From an uncultured Acidobacteriota bacterium (GTDB lineage: Bacteria > Acidobacteriota > UBA6911 > RPQK01 > JAPXNP01): a stretch of 64,000 bases of DNA. Every line of letters starts with the position of its first letter. Position 1 is the first letter of the stretch. The stretch covers positions 540,982 through 604,981 of the forward strand of contig CAVZRV010000027.1 in assembly GCA_963777605.1 (NCBI GenBank), read 5' to 3'. Both the position numbers and the translations under genes were made by a program. Under the pieces are notes generated by a model. It searched no databases. It had not been told where the DNA came from and worked only from the letters and a program-made list of their open reading frames with translations. Positions 22,238-34,114 of the stretch are shown here, piece by piece.

Positions 22238-23818
22238 TCAGCCTCGCGACGATTCCGACTGGATTCGCCGGAGACCGGGCAGGATCGTTCCCAGCGAGAC
22301 CGGCCCGGAGTCCGGACGTCCCAAGCCGAAGTAGAGTTTCCGAAAGTAGCCGTACAATTCATCATAGACCGGCCGGGCCGAACTGTCCGGCTCAATCACG
22401 CGGTAGTCGGGACAGAGGGCGTCCTGGGCTTCTTCGATAGTCTGAAACGTCCCGGCCGCCAGGAACGCGAAGATGGCCGAACCCAGGCTGGTCACTTCCT
22501 GCCTGGGAACGAGAACCGGTTTCTGGAGCACATTTGCGTAGACCTGGTTCAAGACCTCGTTCTTCTGGGGAATACCCCCTCCGTTAATTACCCGGTTGAT
22601 GGCCACGCCGTGTTTCGCCATCCGTTCCAGGATGACGCGGGTATGCATCGCGGTGCCTTCGATTGCGGCGAACAGTTCATCCTGCGCCGTGTGAGTGAGA
22701 TTCCAACCCAGCGTTACTCCACCGAGTTCCGCGTTGACCAGAACGGTACGGTCGCCGTTGTCCCAGCTCATGCGCAGGAGGCCGCTCTGACCGGGCCGGT
22801 ATTTCTCCAGCCCCTTCGACAACTCCGCAACCGAGGTCCCGGCCCTGCGGGCGATAGCATCAAAGATGTCACCCGTCGCAGAGAGCCCCGCTTCGATGCC
22901 GTAATAATCAGGATGGATCGATCCTTTCACAACGCCGCAGACCCCGGGTATCAGATCCACCTCGCGGGCAATCGCCATGATGCAGGTTGAAGTGCCCACT
23001 ACGTTAACGACGTCCCCTTCCCGGACGCCGGCACCGATGGCGTCCCAGTGGGCATCGAAAGCCCCCACCGGAACGGGAATCCCGGCCTTGAGTCCGAGCT
23101 TTCCGGCCCACTCCTCGCTTAAGGAACCGGCAATGAGATCGGAGGTCGAATAGCGGCCGCCCAGTTTCTCTCTGACCCCGTCCAGGAGCGGATCGACCGC
23201 AGCCAGAAATTCCCCGGAGGGAAATCCGCCAAGACTCTCGTTCCACATCCACTTGTGCCCCATGGCACAAATGCTTCTCGGAAGATCTTCCGGCTCGCGA
23301 ATCCCGCAGAGAACTGCCGCGACCATGTCGCAGTGTTCGATAGCCGTGACCATCTCCTGTCGCCGTCCGGGGTTGTTTCTGAGCCAGTGCAGCAACTTCG
23401 CAAATCCCCACTCGGAGGAATAGACCCCGCCATACCAGCGAATCGCCTCGAGTTCCTGCTCGTTCGCCAGCGCCGTGATCTCACCGGCTTCCCGGCTGGC
23501 ACGGTGGTCGCACCAGAGGTAGTAGTCATCGAGCGGTTCGAGGCTCGCACCGAGAGGGAGGACGGTAGAACCGGTCGTGTCGATCGCGATCGCCGCGACA
23601 CGTTCCCCAGGGACACCGGCAGCGGTAAGAGCCTTCCGGGTAGCACGGATCAGGGCGTCCATGTGATCGCTGTGGCGCTGGGTGGCATGATCCGGGTCCT
23701 CTCTCCTGCGTAGCAACGGGAACTCGGCGGTCGCCGACCCGATGCGCCCCTTCTCGCTGTCCACGATCGACACGCGAACGCTCAGCGTCCCAAAGTCCAC
23801 TCCCGCAACAATGGCCAT
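22238..23818 (-). CDS. araB: Ribulokinase (FGGY family)
   Basis: GVDFGTLSVR, DTTGST, WCDH, YSSEW, AMGHK and GGIPQKN motifs. Confidence 0.85.
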   Translation of the reverse strand: MAIVAGVDFGTLSVRVSIVDSEKGRIGSATAEFPLLRRREDPDHATQRHSDHMDALIRATRKALTAAGVPGERVAAIAIDTTGSTVLPLGASLEPLDDYYLWCDHRASREAGEITALANEQELEAIRWYGGVYSSEWGFAKLLHWLRNNPGRRQEMVTAIEHCDMVAAVLCGIREPEDLPRSICAMGHKWMWNESLGGFPSGEFLAAVDPLLDGVREKLGGRYSTSDLIAGSLSEEWAGKLGLKAGIPVPVGAFDAHWDAIGAGVREGDVVNVVGTSTCIMAIAREVDLIPGVCGVVKGSIHPDYYGIEAGLSATGDIFDAIARRAGTSVAELSKGLEKYRPGQSGLLRMSWDNGDRTVLVNAELGGVTLGWNLTHTAQDELFAAIEGTAMHTRVILERMAKHGVAINRVINGGGIPQKNEVLNQVYANVLQKPVLVPRQEVTSLGSAIFAFLAAGTFQTIEEAQDALCPDYRVIEPDSSARPVYDELYGYFRKLYFGLGRPDSGPVSLGTILPGLRRIQSESSRG

Positions 23819-23837
23819 GGTTCAGCTCTCCTGAAGG

Positions 23838-25260
23838 TTATTCGTGGAAGTAGATGTCCCATCCCAGGTATTTCGTCGTCGCCTCGTAGAACACACGCGA
23901 AACCGAAGAGAGGTTGGCAGCGACATGGTGTTCGAAACCGTTTTCGCAGATGAAGTGGAGCAATTCCTGGAGGCCCGGAATCTCGGCCACGCCGTAACCA
24001 CCGAAAGTCTTAAGGGAGTCGTCGGTGAAGCGACCCTCGCCGACATATCCGCAGATCATTCCGTTCAGGTCGTCCGTCGAGACTCGGGCAAAGGTCATCG
24101 GGGCCGCCTTGACACGGCCCACAACGGTCCCGAAGGTGGATTCCTTCCCCACCGAGCCGGCGATGATTTCCTGGTAATCCATCACCACGTCCTCGAAGAA
24201 GTGCTTCGGAAGGTTCGAGCAGTGGAAGCAGACTGCCTTGTCGGGGTCGTCACCGTAATTGTTGTTCCAATCGAGCAATGCACTCGGTGTCCCCGAAGCG
24301 AGCTGGAGTCCGTACATCGCGACGACGCCACACACATCGACTTCGCAGGCCGACGGGATGAGGGAGTCGCTCATCATGCTCATCATGGTGCACGGAACGA
24401 CGCCGTAGTAAGTCTCAATCGCCGTCCAGCACTGGACCGCACTCATCACCACCTCGACTTCTTCCATCCACTCTTCAACGACCGCGGAAAGCTTGGCCAT
24501 CCGCATGAGCGCCTCGGAAGGCACCCCCGCCGTCGAAACGTAGTCCTGAATCTGCTGCAGCTTCCGCTGGACGGCGCCGTCCGAGTCGGGACGCTTCTGG
24601 ATGCGCCCCATGATTTCCGAGAGATCGACCGTTTCAACCGCGATCCCGGCATTCTCAAGGAGTTTCTCACTGTAGCGAACGGTGTTGAACGCGGCCGGAC
24701 GGGCACCGATTGCACCGATCCGCGCACCCTTCAATCCCCCCGCAACGCGGCACACTCCACTAAACCAATCCAGATCGCGCGCAAACTCGCCGGAGTCGAG
24801 ATCGACGGTGTGCGAGTGAGTCAGCGAGAACGGGATGCCATATTGCCGCAAGTTGTTACAGGCCGACATCTTCCCGCAGAAACTGTCACGGCGCGCCTTG
24901 ATCGACATATCCGAAGTTGAGTCGGGGCTGGCCTGAATCGAGCACCGGGACGTCCAACCCGGCCATCCTCAGGGTCTCAGCAACGGCCTTCTCATCCCCA
25001 AAGTTGGGAAGAGTCACGAGGACCCCGTCAATCTCCTCCCGGTGCTTCTTGAACAGATCGGCACACTTCCGGGCCTCTGCACGGGTCTCAACAGCTCCAA
25101 ACTTGGTCTCTTCCGGAGTGACACAAACCGCGCGGATACCTGCCTTCTCCAAAACCTTCAGCACCTGCTCTCGGCCTTCACGAGCCAATTCATCCGGGAA
25201 GAACCCACGATTTCCGACAATGACACCCATCGTCATCTGTTTATTCATCATTTCCTCCAA
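23838..25260 (-). CDS. L-fucose/L-arabinose isomerase family protein (frameshift near 24910)
   Basis: LPNFGDE, RRDSFCGKMS, ACEVD, FHC and FEHH motifs; adjacent to araB. Confidence 0.85.
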
Positions 25261-25355
25261 TCAGCTAAAGGCTAGTGTCCCGTCACACATCATATGGCAC
25301 TTTCAGCGAGGCGAGAAGCGGTCAACTGCCGGAAATCCCGATCAAAACGGTCGCT

Positions 25356-25779
25356 TCAAAGGTCCTGGAGAACGAGGTCAATGGCAACGCGGTTCGCCTC
25401 GGGAACCCGACGTTGATTCAACTGGTCGGCGGCGACCCATTCTCCACGAGCAGGCATTTGCTCACTTCTGAGCTCAATGGCGAAGAAGTGGATCCGGACC
25501 TTCCGATCCACATACTCATGGCTGACCGTGACGAGTGACCGCAAATCCTGCTCCGACACGCAAACACCGGTCTCTTCCTGCAACTCGCGCCGGGCTCGCC
25601 GACAAGGGTGACTCTCCCGGCCGGATCTTTCCTCCGGGAAACTCCCACGTGCCATCCAGGCTGCCGGTCTCCCGGCGCTGCTGGATCCACAAGTCTCCGC
25701 AACAGACCGGAATAACAACCGCAATCTCCAGCCGTCCTTCGCCGCCCGTCGGGCCACCTGCGCTGGATCTTCCGGTCAC
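25356..25779 (-). CDS. NUDIX hydrolase (MutT-like), frameshifted
   Basis: WEFPGGKIRPGES...ARRELQEETG Nudix box split across two frames. Confidence 0.8.
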
Positions 25780-26688
25780 CCTGCAACCTCCTCCACAGGT
25801 CCCCTGACCCCCTTCCTCGATACCAGCACAATTCCTGCGGCCACCAGTGCGCCGCCAATCAGGACCAGGTGGCCGACTCCTTCACCCAGAATCCACCAGG
25901 CCAAAACGGTCGCCAGAAAGGGTTCCGCCAGGATCAGGGTTGAAACGGTGGTGGCCGGCAGAAAGCGCAGGGCCCAATTGTATGCAGTGTGTCCCAGGCA
26001 CTGGGGTACCAGGCCCGAGAAGCGCGAGGGAGAGATTGGTTTGAAGCGAGAATCCGGTCAGCGGGCCACCCGAGAAGACAGCTACCGGCAGAAGGGTCAG
26101 GGCAGCGATAACATAGGTAGGATAGACGTAACCGAGCAGGTCGTAGCCCTGCCTGAGCCGTCGGCCAAAGACAAGATAGAGGCCGAGGGCAGCCGCGCCT
26201 GCAATGGCCAGGACCGGCCCCCGCCAGTCTCCCAGTTCCGAAAGGTCGTGGAAGACCAGTACCGTGCTCCCGAGCAGGCTGAGGGCAAGCCCGAACATCC
26301 CCCGCCGGGTGAGCCGCTCACCGAGAAAGAGGTACCCCAGCAAAGCGACCATGACCGGTGAGGTGTTCACCAGCACAACCGAAACAGCCACGCTGGTGTA
26401 CCGCAGCGAAGCGATCCAGAAAGCAAAATGAAGGGCGAGGGCGATGCCGGAACAGAGGTGCATCCACTCGATGGAGAATCCCGCCCTAACTACCCGGCGG
26501 ACAAAAAACGGGAACAGAAAAAGCGACGCCCAGCCCATGCGGTAGAGTGCGATCGTCAGGGAGGGCGCGCCCTGGCTGAACCGAACCAGGATGCTGCCCA
26601 TCGCGACACAGACCAGGCCCAGGGTGAGGATACCGCCAAGCTGCAACGTCCCGGGTTTGTCGTGCCGAGCGGCTGCGAGTCCGTTCAT
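25776..26688 (-). CDS. DMT/EamA family transporter (frameshifted)
   Basis: Multi-TM protein with the two-EamA-repeat pattern (ALHFAFWIASLRYTSVA). Confidence 0.85.
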
Positions 26689-26787
26689 TCAGCGTGGGAT
26701 TCTACGGGATAAACAACCCACAGCGAAAGATCCCCTCCTGCACACCTGTTGAAGGGCGGGGGCCGTACAGCCCCCAGAAGTCCCAGA

Positions 26788-27234
26788 TCACAACAACAGT
26801 TTGACCGTGACCATGACAACGATGATGATCAGCATGATCGCCGCAAGCACGAGAAAAAGGCCCGGCCGGACTCCCTGCTCCGGTTCATCCCAGTCGTCAT
26901 AAGGCATTTTGTACGAAAAATCCTCCGGACCCGCTCCTCCGGCGATCGGAATCTTGTTCGGATCAATCTCCATGCGAACGAACCGGGGCAGGAATCCCAG
27001 AAACGAGATCAGCAGGATCAGGAACAGGACGATCGGCCAGAAATACCGACTGGACCAGTCGATGACGAACAGCGAGCAAACTACCACAAAGAGCACCAGG
27101 AGGATCTGAAAGTAGGCCAGTGGCACGGTGGGACGAAACTCGGCACCACAGCGAGGACAGCGCACTTTTCCGGGCAGCCCTGTCTTATAGAGCCGCGCTT
27201 TGCAGACAGGGCATTTTTGAGTCAAAGGAATCAT
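26788..27234 (-). CDS. Hypothetical membrane protein with N-terminal CxxC-CxxC
   Basis: CPVC...CPRC followed by three hydrophobic segments. Confidence 0.6.
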   Translation of the reverse strand: MIPLTQKCPVCKARLYKTGLPGKVRCPRCGAEFRPTVPLAYFQILLVLFVVVCSLFVIDWSSRYFWPIVLFLILLISFLGFLPRFVRMEIDPNKIPIAGGAGPEDFSYKMPYDDWDEPEQGVRPGLFLVLAAIMLIIIVVMVTVKLLL

Positions 27235-28488
27235 CTAATAACCCAGGTAATAATGGCTCCGATCGATTTTGAAATCCAGGATGGAGGCCGCCACCGCCGA
27301 GGACACTTTACTCCTGAGCGGCACCACGTCTCCTTCACCCTTCGGATGCAGCCGACTCGTGAACATCACCACGATCGTCTCAGAGAACGGATCGATCCAG
27401 ACCGAAGTGCCGGTATACCCGGTGTGCCCGAAGGACCCGACCGGGAACAGATCGCCTCCGACAGTTGAGAACCGTGTCGCGATATCAAACCCAAAGCCCC
27501 GCCAGTCGGGGCTGGAACGGGGACCTTGCGGGGTAGTCATCTTGAGAACGGAGAGCGGAGAGAGTATCCGGACGTCGTCCAGAGTTCCCCCGTTCAGGAT
27601 CATCTGGGCCCAAACCATCGCGTCGTCGGCCGTTGCATAAAGCCCGGCATGGCCGGCCACACCGCCCATCCGGTCGGACGTCGGGTCATTCACTCTTCCC
27701 CTGAGCAGTTTCTTGTCCCTCGAGTCGGTGGGTACGACGCGGTCGAGCTTATCCGCGGGCGGGTGAAACCCGGTATCCGTCATGCCCAGCGGAAGGTAGA
27801 TGCGCTGCCTCGCAAACTCGTCGAGCGGCATTCCAGACACTCGGGCAACGATTTCTCCCAGCAGAATGTAGTTGATGTCGCTGTAGATAAAGACCGTTCC
27901 CGGTTCGGCCACCAGGCGCTCCCGGCAGGCCAGGTCAATCGCGGTCTGGTAACCCGTCCATGGATCGTCAAGGTCGAGATCCGGCCTCAATCCCGAGTGA
28001 TGGGTCAGCAACTGGGTTACGGTCACCTTCGATTTGCCCCGCTTCGCGAACTCCGGAATGTATTCAGTTACCGGCCGGGAAAGTACGATCTTCCCCTCTT
28101 CCACCAGCATCATCACCGAGGTCGCCGTCGCCATCACCTTGGTCAGCGAGGCCACGTCAAAAATGGAATCGAGTGACATGGGCTCGACTTCCGGCTCGAC
28201 TGCCCGCGAGCCGAACGACTTCCGGTAGACCACCACGCCTTTCCGGGCAACCAGAAGAACCGCACCAGGAGCGGCACCTTCAGTCACGCCGTCCTGGACA
28301 ATCTGATCCAACCGCATTAGCCGAGCCCCCGACAGCCCGACGTCCTCAGGCCTTCCGAATCGAAGGTCAGCGGCCCATAAAGAGCCGGCGCACAGCAGGA
28401 CGCAGAAACCCACCGAAAACACTCGAAGCCAGCGTGGAAATGGAACCATAGTGCCTAACCAATCTTCAGTCTTTGGTCGATGCCCCAA
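27235..28488 (-). CDS. Serine hydrolase, beta-lactamase class C/AmiE-like
   Basis: SLTK (SxxK), YSD and HTG motifs; LLTHHSG. Confidence 0.88.
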   Translation of the reverse strand: MGHRPKTEDWLGTMVPFPRWLRVFSVGFCVLLCAGSLWAADLRFGRPEDVGLSGARLMRLDQIVQDGVTEGAAPGAVLLVARKGVVVYRKSFGSRAVEPEVEPMSLDSIFDVASLTKVMATATSVMMLVEEGKIVLSRPVTEYIPEFAKRGKSKVTVTQLLTHHSGLRPDLDLDDPWTGYQTAIDLACRERLVAEPGTVFIYSDINYILLGEIVARVSGMPLDEFARQRIYLPLGMTDTGFHPPADKLDRVVPTDSRDKKLLRGRVNDPTSDRMGGVAGHAGLYATADDAMVWAQMILNGGTLDDVRILSPLSVLKMTTPQGPRSSPDWRGFGFDIATRFSTVGGDLFPVGSFGHTGYTGTSVWIDPFSETIVVMFTSRLHPKGEGDVVPLRSKVSSAVAASILDFKIDRSHYYLGY

Positions 28489-28510
28489 CTCCGGGCTGGA
28501 TACCGGTGGA

Positions 28511-29623
28511 TCAGTCTGACTTCGCCGCGGGAACCCGGATGTAAGCCATCCCGTCTGGTTCCTTCCCGGTTTGGAAGCGATCGACGATATTCCATGTTTT
28601 AGTATCGATTACCGTGACAATGTCCGCATTGCTGTTCGCCACGAATGCCCGAGTTCCTTCGGGATTGGTCACAATCCCGATTGGAACGGGGCTCAACTCG
28701 AAGTCCAGAAGGCGATTCTCTCTCTCAACCGCCGTGATTTCCATCGGGATTCTGGTCTCCAGCCGATAATCTTCCGCAGAAAAAACGGCCAGATCTCCCG
28801 TACGGGCATTAGACACCATCACCCTGGATCCGTCCGGGAGGAAACGCACCCGAATCGGGAACTCTCCACACTCCATTTTCCGAGTTACTTCGAGGGATTC
28901 CGTGTCAACAACGGCGACCTGGTCTTCGGCGCGACACGCGATCCAGAGTTCACTCCCATCCGGGGAGAGGTCGAGCCCTTCCGCGCCCTGGCCCACAGAC
29001 AACTTCTTGAGGAAGCGACTCTCCGCGACATCCAGCACCGAGAGTGTCCCGCTTCGGATGTTGGTTACGTATGCCCGGGTCTCGTCCGGGCTCAGCACAA
29101 CCATGTGCGACACCTTTCCCATGGTGGGAATGGCACGTAGAACCCTGCCGCGAATTGTATCCACTACGAGCAGCGCATCCCCTTCCTCCGTCGTTACAGC
29201 CACCCGCTCTCCGTCCTTGAAGAACTGGATCCCGTGAGGGCGTCGGAACCGCCCAAGCGGGATCGTCCGCGCGACTCGAAAACGCCGCAGATCCAACACC
29301 GTCAGACTGAAACCCGGGTTCTCGACCGAACCGTAGTTGGTCCCTACAACGATTGCCTGGTCCGAACTGCCCGCGGCCTCGTGGGGAGCAACTCCGGTTG
29401 CGATGGTGGCCCTGACCGAGCCAGAAGCCGGGTCGAGAACGACAGCATTGTGAGCGCCCTTGTCGAGAACCACCAGCCAGTCCTGAAATGCAGGTTTCGG
29501 CGCCTGGCAGCCCCAGGACGCAAAAAGGAGTAGCATTGGGATGATTCGACCTGCGATCAAGGTGAATTGGCGCGACATCTCGAAAGACTTTACAGCATCT
29601 TGCAGTTCTGGGGCAGATTGCAA
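28511..29623 (-). CDS. YVTN/YncE-type beta-propeller lipoprotein
   Basis: Repeated SPDG...AYVTN/AFVAN blades; lipobox SWGC. Confidence 0.8.
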   Translation of the reverse strand: MQSAPELQDAVKSFEMSRQFTLIAGRIIPMLLLFASWGCQAPKPAFQDWLVVLDKGAHNAVVLDPASGSVRATIATGVAPHEAAGSSDQAIVVGTNYGSVENPGFSLTVLDLRRFRVARTIPLGRFRRPHGIQFFKDGERVAVTTEEGDALLVVDTIRGRVLRAIPTMGKVSHMVVLSPDETRAYVTNIRSGTLSVLDVAESRFLKKLSVGQGAEGLDLSPDGSELWIACRAEDQVAVVDTESLEVTRKMECGEFPIRVRFLPDGSRVMVSNARTGDLAVFSAEDYRLETRIPMEITAVERENRLLDFELSPVPIGIVTNPEGTRAFVANSNADIVTVIDTKTWNIVDRFQTGKEPDGMAYIRVPAAKSD

Positions 29624-29696
29624 AGGAGATGAGTGCTAATCTCTGTTCTATTTGCGCCTTCCCTCAGGGCGCTGTTAACCGGAAGGACGAAGCAGT

Positions 29697-30890
29697 TGAA
29701 CCCAAGGAGTATTACTCCTCCCCCTGTTATTCCTCGTCGCGGGCTGTCAGGAGGTCGGATTTGAAACTTTTCAGACCGGTGCCGACCAGATCCTCGATGA
29801 ACCCTACTTCTCCTGGATCCGAGGGAAGCGCATCGGACTGATCACCAACCAGACGGGCATCCAGAGTAACTTCACCCCGGTTGCCACCGTGCTCAAAGAG
29901 AACTCCGAGGTCCAACTGACGGCGTTGTTCGGACCGGAGCACGGAATCGAGGGTGCAGCCGAAGCCGGCGAGATGGTCACCAGCACAACACGGGTGTACA
30001 GTCTGTATGGCGGCACGCGCGCACCAACGCCCGAGATGCTCGAAAACGTCGATGTCCTCGTCTACGACATCCAGGACGTGGGCGCACGTTTCTACACCTT
30101 TATTTCGACCATGTTCGAGTCCATGTCCGCCGCCGCGGAAAAGGGCATCCCCTTTCTCGTCCTTGATCGGCCTGACCCGATTGACGGATCCCGGGTAGAG
30201 GGCCCTGTTCTCGAGGAAGATCACTATTCCTTCGTCGGGATCCACCACATCCCGATCCGCTACGGGATGACCCCGGGAGAACTGGCGCGTCTCTTCCAGG
30301 GGGAGCGCATCCCGGACCTGGTGCTCTGGGTCGTCCCCCTCAAGGGCTGGTGGAGGACTATGCCATTTTCGGCAACCGGCCTGCCCTGGATCTCGCCCTC
30401 CCCCAATATGCCAAGTGTGCTCACCGCCGAACTCTACCCCGGAACCTGCCTGATCGAGGGAACGAACCTTTCAGAGGGCCGGGGCACGACACGCCCCTTC
30501 GAGCTGATCGGAGCTCCCTGGTTCAACTCCAATATGGTGGCGACCCTGCTCAACAATCAGCAACTGCCTGGGGTTCACTTCCGAAGCCAGTCATTCAAGC
30601 CGAGCTTCTCAAAGTACAAAGGGGAGACCTGCGCGGGGATCCAGATTCACATCACGGATGAGAAGCAGTTCTTGCCGATTCGGACGACCCTGTACCTCCT
30701 CCGGGAGACGCTCAACGTGCATCCGGACAAGCTGGTCTTCCGAGAAGCGGCATTCGACCGGCTGATCGGCAACAGCTGGGTTCGCCGCATGCTTATCGAA
30801 AGCCGGGCGGTAGACGCCATCGAGGCCCGCTGGAAACCGGAACTTGACCAGTTCCTGGCGCGCCGTGAAAAGTACCTCCTTTACGACTGA
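29697..30890 (+). CDS. Exo-beta-N-acetylmuramidase NamZ (DUF1343) family; start approximate
   Basis: GKRIGLITNQTG upstream of the listed ORF, then FGPEHG, DIQDVGARFYT, LDRP, SPN and SEGRGT motifs. Confidence 0.88.
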
Positions 30891-30891
30891 T

Positions 30892-32298
30892 TCAGGGACT
30901 GGGAGATTTCACTGAAGCATATTTGTTCATGAGTTCCTGGAAGGCGCCCAGGTAGCGAATCGGATCCAGTTGGGAGTGCACCGTCTTGAGTTGCTCCCGG
31001 ACGATCGGGACGTACTTTTCGGGTTCCCGTTCGAAGGCAGCCGCAAGGTGTTTGAGGGCTTCGTCCGTTTCCGCCTGAATGGAGAAGAGGATGGCCAGGC
31101 GGAAATGCAGCCTGGCACTCTGGAACCCGCAATCGAGTGCCTTGAGATACTCGGCCTGGGCCTGATCAGACCGCTCCATCCGCTCTAACTCAATGCCGAG
31201 TGCGAAATGGGCCTCACCCGAGCTGGGTCTAAGCACCATAGCCGCGCGCAAGTTCTTTTCCGCCTCCTCGGAATTTCCGTCATTGGCCTGCAGAGTCCCC
31301 AGATTGAGCAGTGAGTCGAAATCGTCCGGGTCGAACTGCAAGGCTTTAGAATAGGCAGCCTCAGCGTCTCCGTTCTGGCCGAGCTCGGCCAGAACGTCAC
31401 CAAGATGCCCCCAAATCAGAGGGTTCTCCGGATCAAGCTGAAGGGCCTTTGTAAAGTACTCCGCTGCTTCCTGCGGACGACCCGCCCGTTTGGCTACTAC
31501 CCCCAGATTCGCGAGCTTTTGGGGCCGATCGCCGCCGGCCCGCTCAAGCCTCGCGCGAGCTGACTCGAGTTGCCCCCGGTCAAGGTAAAGGTTTCCCAAC
31601 GCCTGGGCGAGGTCGGGATTGTCCGGCTCAATCTGCTCTGCCAGCAGGAACTCCTGGACCGCCTCCTCTTGGTCACCCTTCTGCCGGTACAACAACCCCA
31701 GGTTGAAGTGTCCCCGGAAATTCTTCGGGTCAGCGTCGAGGAACTTTTGATAACTGGAAATGGCTTCGTCGGTCCGGCCCAGGCTCTGCTGGGCGAGTGC
31801 GATGTTGAAATAGACTTCGGCGTCCAAAGGCCTGAGCTTGAGCACTTGCTGGAGAGCGTCGATGGTCTTCTCGAACTGCTTAGTTCGGTAGTACAGGTCG
31901 CCAAGATCGGACCAGTAATAGTCGTTGTCGGGGGCCAGTTGGACCGCCTTCTCCAACATCGGGACGGCTTCATGGGGATTGTTCATCTCCAGCAAAAGGC
32001 GCCCTGCGAACCCATACCCCCGGTCGTCGGACGGGTCAATCTCAATGATCTTTCTCGCGTGAGCCAGCGCCTCTTCGAGTTCTCCACGATGCCGGTAGAC
32101 AACGGCCAGGTTGTACTGGGCTGCGTCGAATCCCGGGAATAACTCAGCCGCCTTCAGAAAATACTCGAGCTGCTGGTCGGAAAACTCCTGGGGCGTCCCA
32201 ATCAGGGATTCCCCCTTCTGGAACAACTCGACGGCTTCAGGGGGCGGATCCTGCGCCAACCCAAGCAGCAGAAGGCTGCAAAGAAACGCGGTCAGCAC
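30892..32298 (-). CDS. TPR-repeat protein
   Basis: More than ten 34-aa TPR units. Confidence 0.88.
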   Translation of the reverse strand: MLTAFLCSLLLLGLAQDPPPEAVELFQKGESLIGTPQEFSDQQLEYFLKAAELFPGFDAAQYNLAVVYRHRGELEEALAHARKIIEIDPSDDRGYGFAGRLLLEMNNPHEAVPMLEKAVQLAPDNDYYWSDLGDLYYRTKQFEKTIDALQQVLKLRPLDAEVYFNIALAQQSLGRTDEAISSYQKFLDADPKNFRGHFNLGLLYRQKGDQEEAVQEFLLAEQIEPDNPDLAQALGNLYLDRGQLESARARLERAGGDRPQKLANLGVVAKRAGRPQEAAEYFTKALQLDPENPLIWGHLGDVLAELGQNGDAEAAYSKALQFDPDDFDSLLNLGTLQANDGNSEEAEKNLRAAMVLRPSSGEAHFALGIELERMERSDQAQAEYLKALDCGFQSARLHFRLAILFSIQAETDEALKHLAAAFEREPEKYVPIVREQLKTVHSQLDPIRYLGAFQELMNKYASVKSPSP

Positions 32299-32302
32299 GG
32301 CA

Positions 32303-33004
32303 CTATTCCGACTTGTTCTTGGGCGACCGCTTCTGCAGCAGCTTGTCCAGTGCCTGGGCCTCCGGCGGAGTCTTCACCTTGCCCTCCAGAACGATCTCCT
32401 TGGCAGAAACGTCCGTGCCGTAGAGGTCCTTGTTCGCACCATTGTCTTCGCGAAGAGTCGATCCCTCGAGCGAAACGCCGGCGAAAAGCCCCTTGGAACG
32501 GGAATAGGAAAGGATTTCGGCACTCATCAACGCATCCGTTTCGGCCGTCGCAGTCCGGCCCTTGGGGCCGGCGGCGATGCTGGCGTCGGCTCCCAACTTG
32601 ACTTTGCTGCTCAGCAGAGACTTGGCGCCGGTTGGATTCATTACAAGCAGGATGAAGTCGGTCGCCGAACCTCCAATCTGGAGTCCGAAGCTACCACCTT
32701 CCAAGCGCATCATCGCTGGGGCTCCCCAGGGTCCGTCGAAAGCGACGCCGGTTCGGCACACCATGGCGCCCTTGCCGTAGCTTCCCCCGATCCCCAGGGC
32801 GAACTTCTTCACCGACGGGACCACAATGATGCACTCGGCCTTGTCGAGGAGGTCCTGAGGCATACCCTCCGGGATATCGAGTACCTCCTTCGCAACCCGG
32901 GCACAGTCAGCCAATCTCTCCCGCTCTTCCTTGGTGTTGCCCCAAGCGAAAGCAGAAAGGAGAAGCAGGATCACACCGGCAGAGACACCGAACCGGATTT
33001 TCAT
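32303..33004 (-). CDS. SYLF/Ysc84 lipid-binding domain protein
   Basis: GGSYGKG, GLQIGG and YSRSKGLFAGVSLEG motifs. Confidence 0.92.
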   Translation of the reverse strand: MKIRFGVSAGVILLLLSAFAWGNTKEERERLADCARVAKEVLDIPEGMPQDLLDKAECIIVVPSVKKFALGIGGSYGKGAMVCRTGVAFDGPWGAPAMMRLEGGSFGLQIGGSATDFILLVMNPTGAKSLLSSKVKLGADASIAAGPKGRTATAETDALMSAEILSYSRSKGLFAGVSLEGSTLREDNGANKDLYGTDVSAKEIVLEGKVKTPPEAQALDKLLQKRSPKNKSE

Positions 33005-33154
33005 CGAAACCTCCTATCGCGGAACCAGCAAACCAGACCGGGAAGTCCCTTCCCTAATCGCATACTAGCATAGCCCCAATGCGACAACGACCAGCTTCAG
33101 GCAGACATACCAGGCCGGGCTCCGACAACCTCGACCCGCCCATGCTGCGACCCT

Positions 33155-34114
33155 TCAATCGACCGCTTGCTGGTCAAAGACCACCGGCTCGAAATCGGTC
33201 AGTTCCTGGAACTCCCGGAACCGCAACTGTACCTCGGTAAAGGTCAGTTCCTTGAGTCGATTCATCGAGAAACTCTCGACGTTGTAGCTGGCCATCACGG
33301 AACCGAACACGACGGCCTGGCGAAGGGCAGCGGCATCAGTGCGACCCGACCCGGCCAGGTAGCCCATGAACCCGCCGGCAAACGTGTCGCCGGCTCCCGT
33401 CGGATCGACCACCGATTCCACAGGATAAGCCGGTACTCCGAATGTCTTCAGTTCCGAACCGTCCCGGTAGACCATCAGGACGCCAAACTCACCGCGCTTG
33501 ATGACCACCGTCTTCGGCCCCCAATCCATGATCTTCCTGGTGGCCCTGAGCAGCGACGCCTCCCCGGCCAGCATTCGCGTCTCGGCATCGTTGATGATCA
33601 GCACGTCGACGTGTCGGAGCGTCTCAACGAGCGCTTCGAATTGCCCCTGGATCCAGAAGTTCATGGTGTCACAGGAAACCAGTCGGGGAGCGGTGACCTG
33701 GGAGAGTACCTGACGCTGCAGGGTTGGATCGATGTTGCCCAGGAACACAAAGTCGGCCCCGCGGAACCGCTGCGGTATTTGCGGCTTGAAGCTGGCGAAT
33801 ACATTGAGTTGCGTCTCGAGGGTCTCCGCCTCGTTCAGATCTCGAAGATAATTGCCTTTCCACCGGAAGGTCAGCCCATCAAGGGATTCGAGCCCTTCCA
33901 GATCGACGTTGTGCGATTCGAGCAGGAAACGATCCTCCGCTCGAAAGTCGCGACCGACACAGGCCACCAGGTAAACCGGAGCGAAGAAGCTGGCTGAAAT
34001 GCTGAAATATGTCGCCGACCCGCCGAGTGCTTCATCCACTTTCCCGGCAGGAGTTTCCACCGAATCATACGCAACCGATCCCACTACCAACAACGCCATC
34101 TGCTTACCTCCCAT
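33155..34114 (-). CDS. PfkB-family sugar/nucleoside kinase
   Basis: GSVAYD, LGGSA and [12 protein letters not shown] motifs. Confidence 0.92.
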   Translation of the reverse strand: MGGKQMALLVVGSVAYDSVETPAGKVDEALGGSATYFSISASFFAPVYLVACVGRDFRAEDRFLLESHNVDLEGLESLDGLTFRWKGNYLRDLNEAETLETQLNVFASFKPQIPQRFRGADFVFLGNIDPTLQRQVLSQVTAPRLVSCDTMNFWIQGQFEALVETLRHVDVLIINDAETRMLAGEASLLRATRKIMDWGPKTVVIKRGEFGVLMVYRDGSELKTFGVPAYPVESVVDPTGAGDTFAGGFMGYLAGSGRTDAAALRQAVVFGSVMASYNVESFSMNRLKELTFTEVQLRFREFQELTDFEPVVFDQQAVD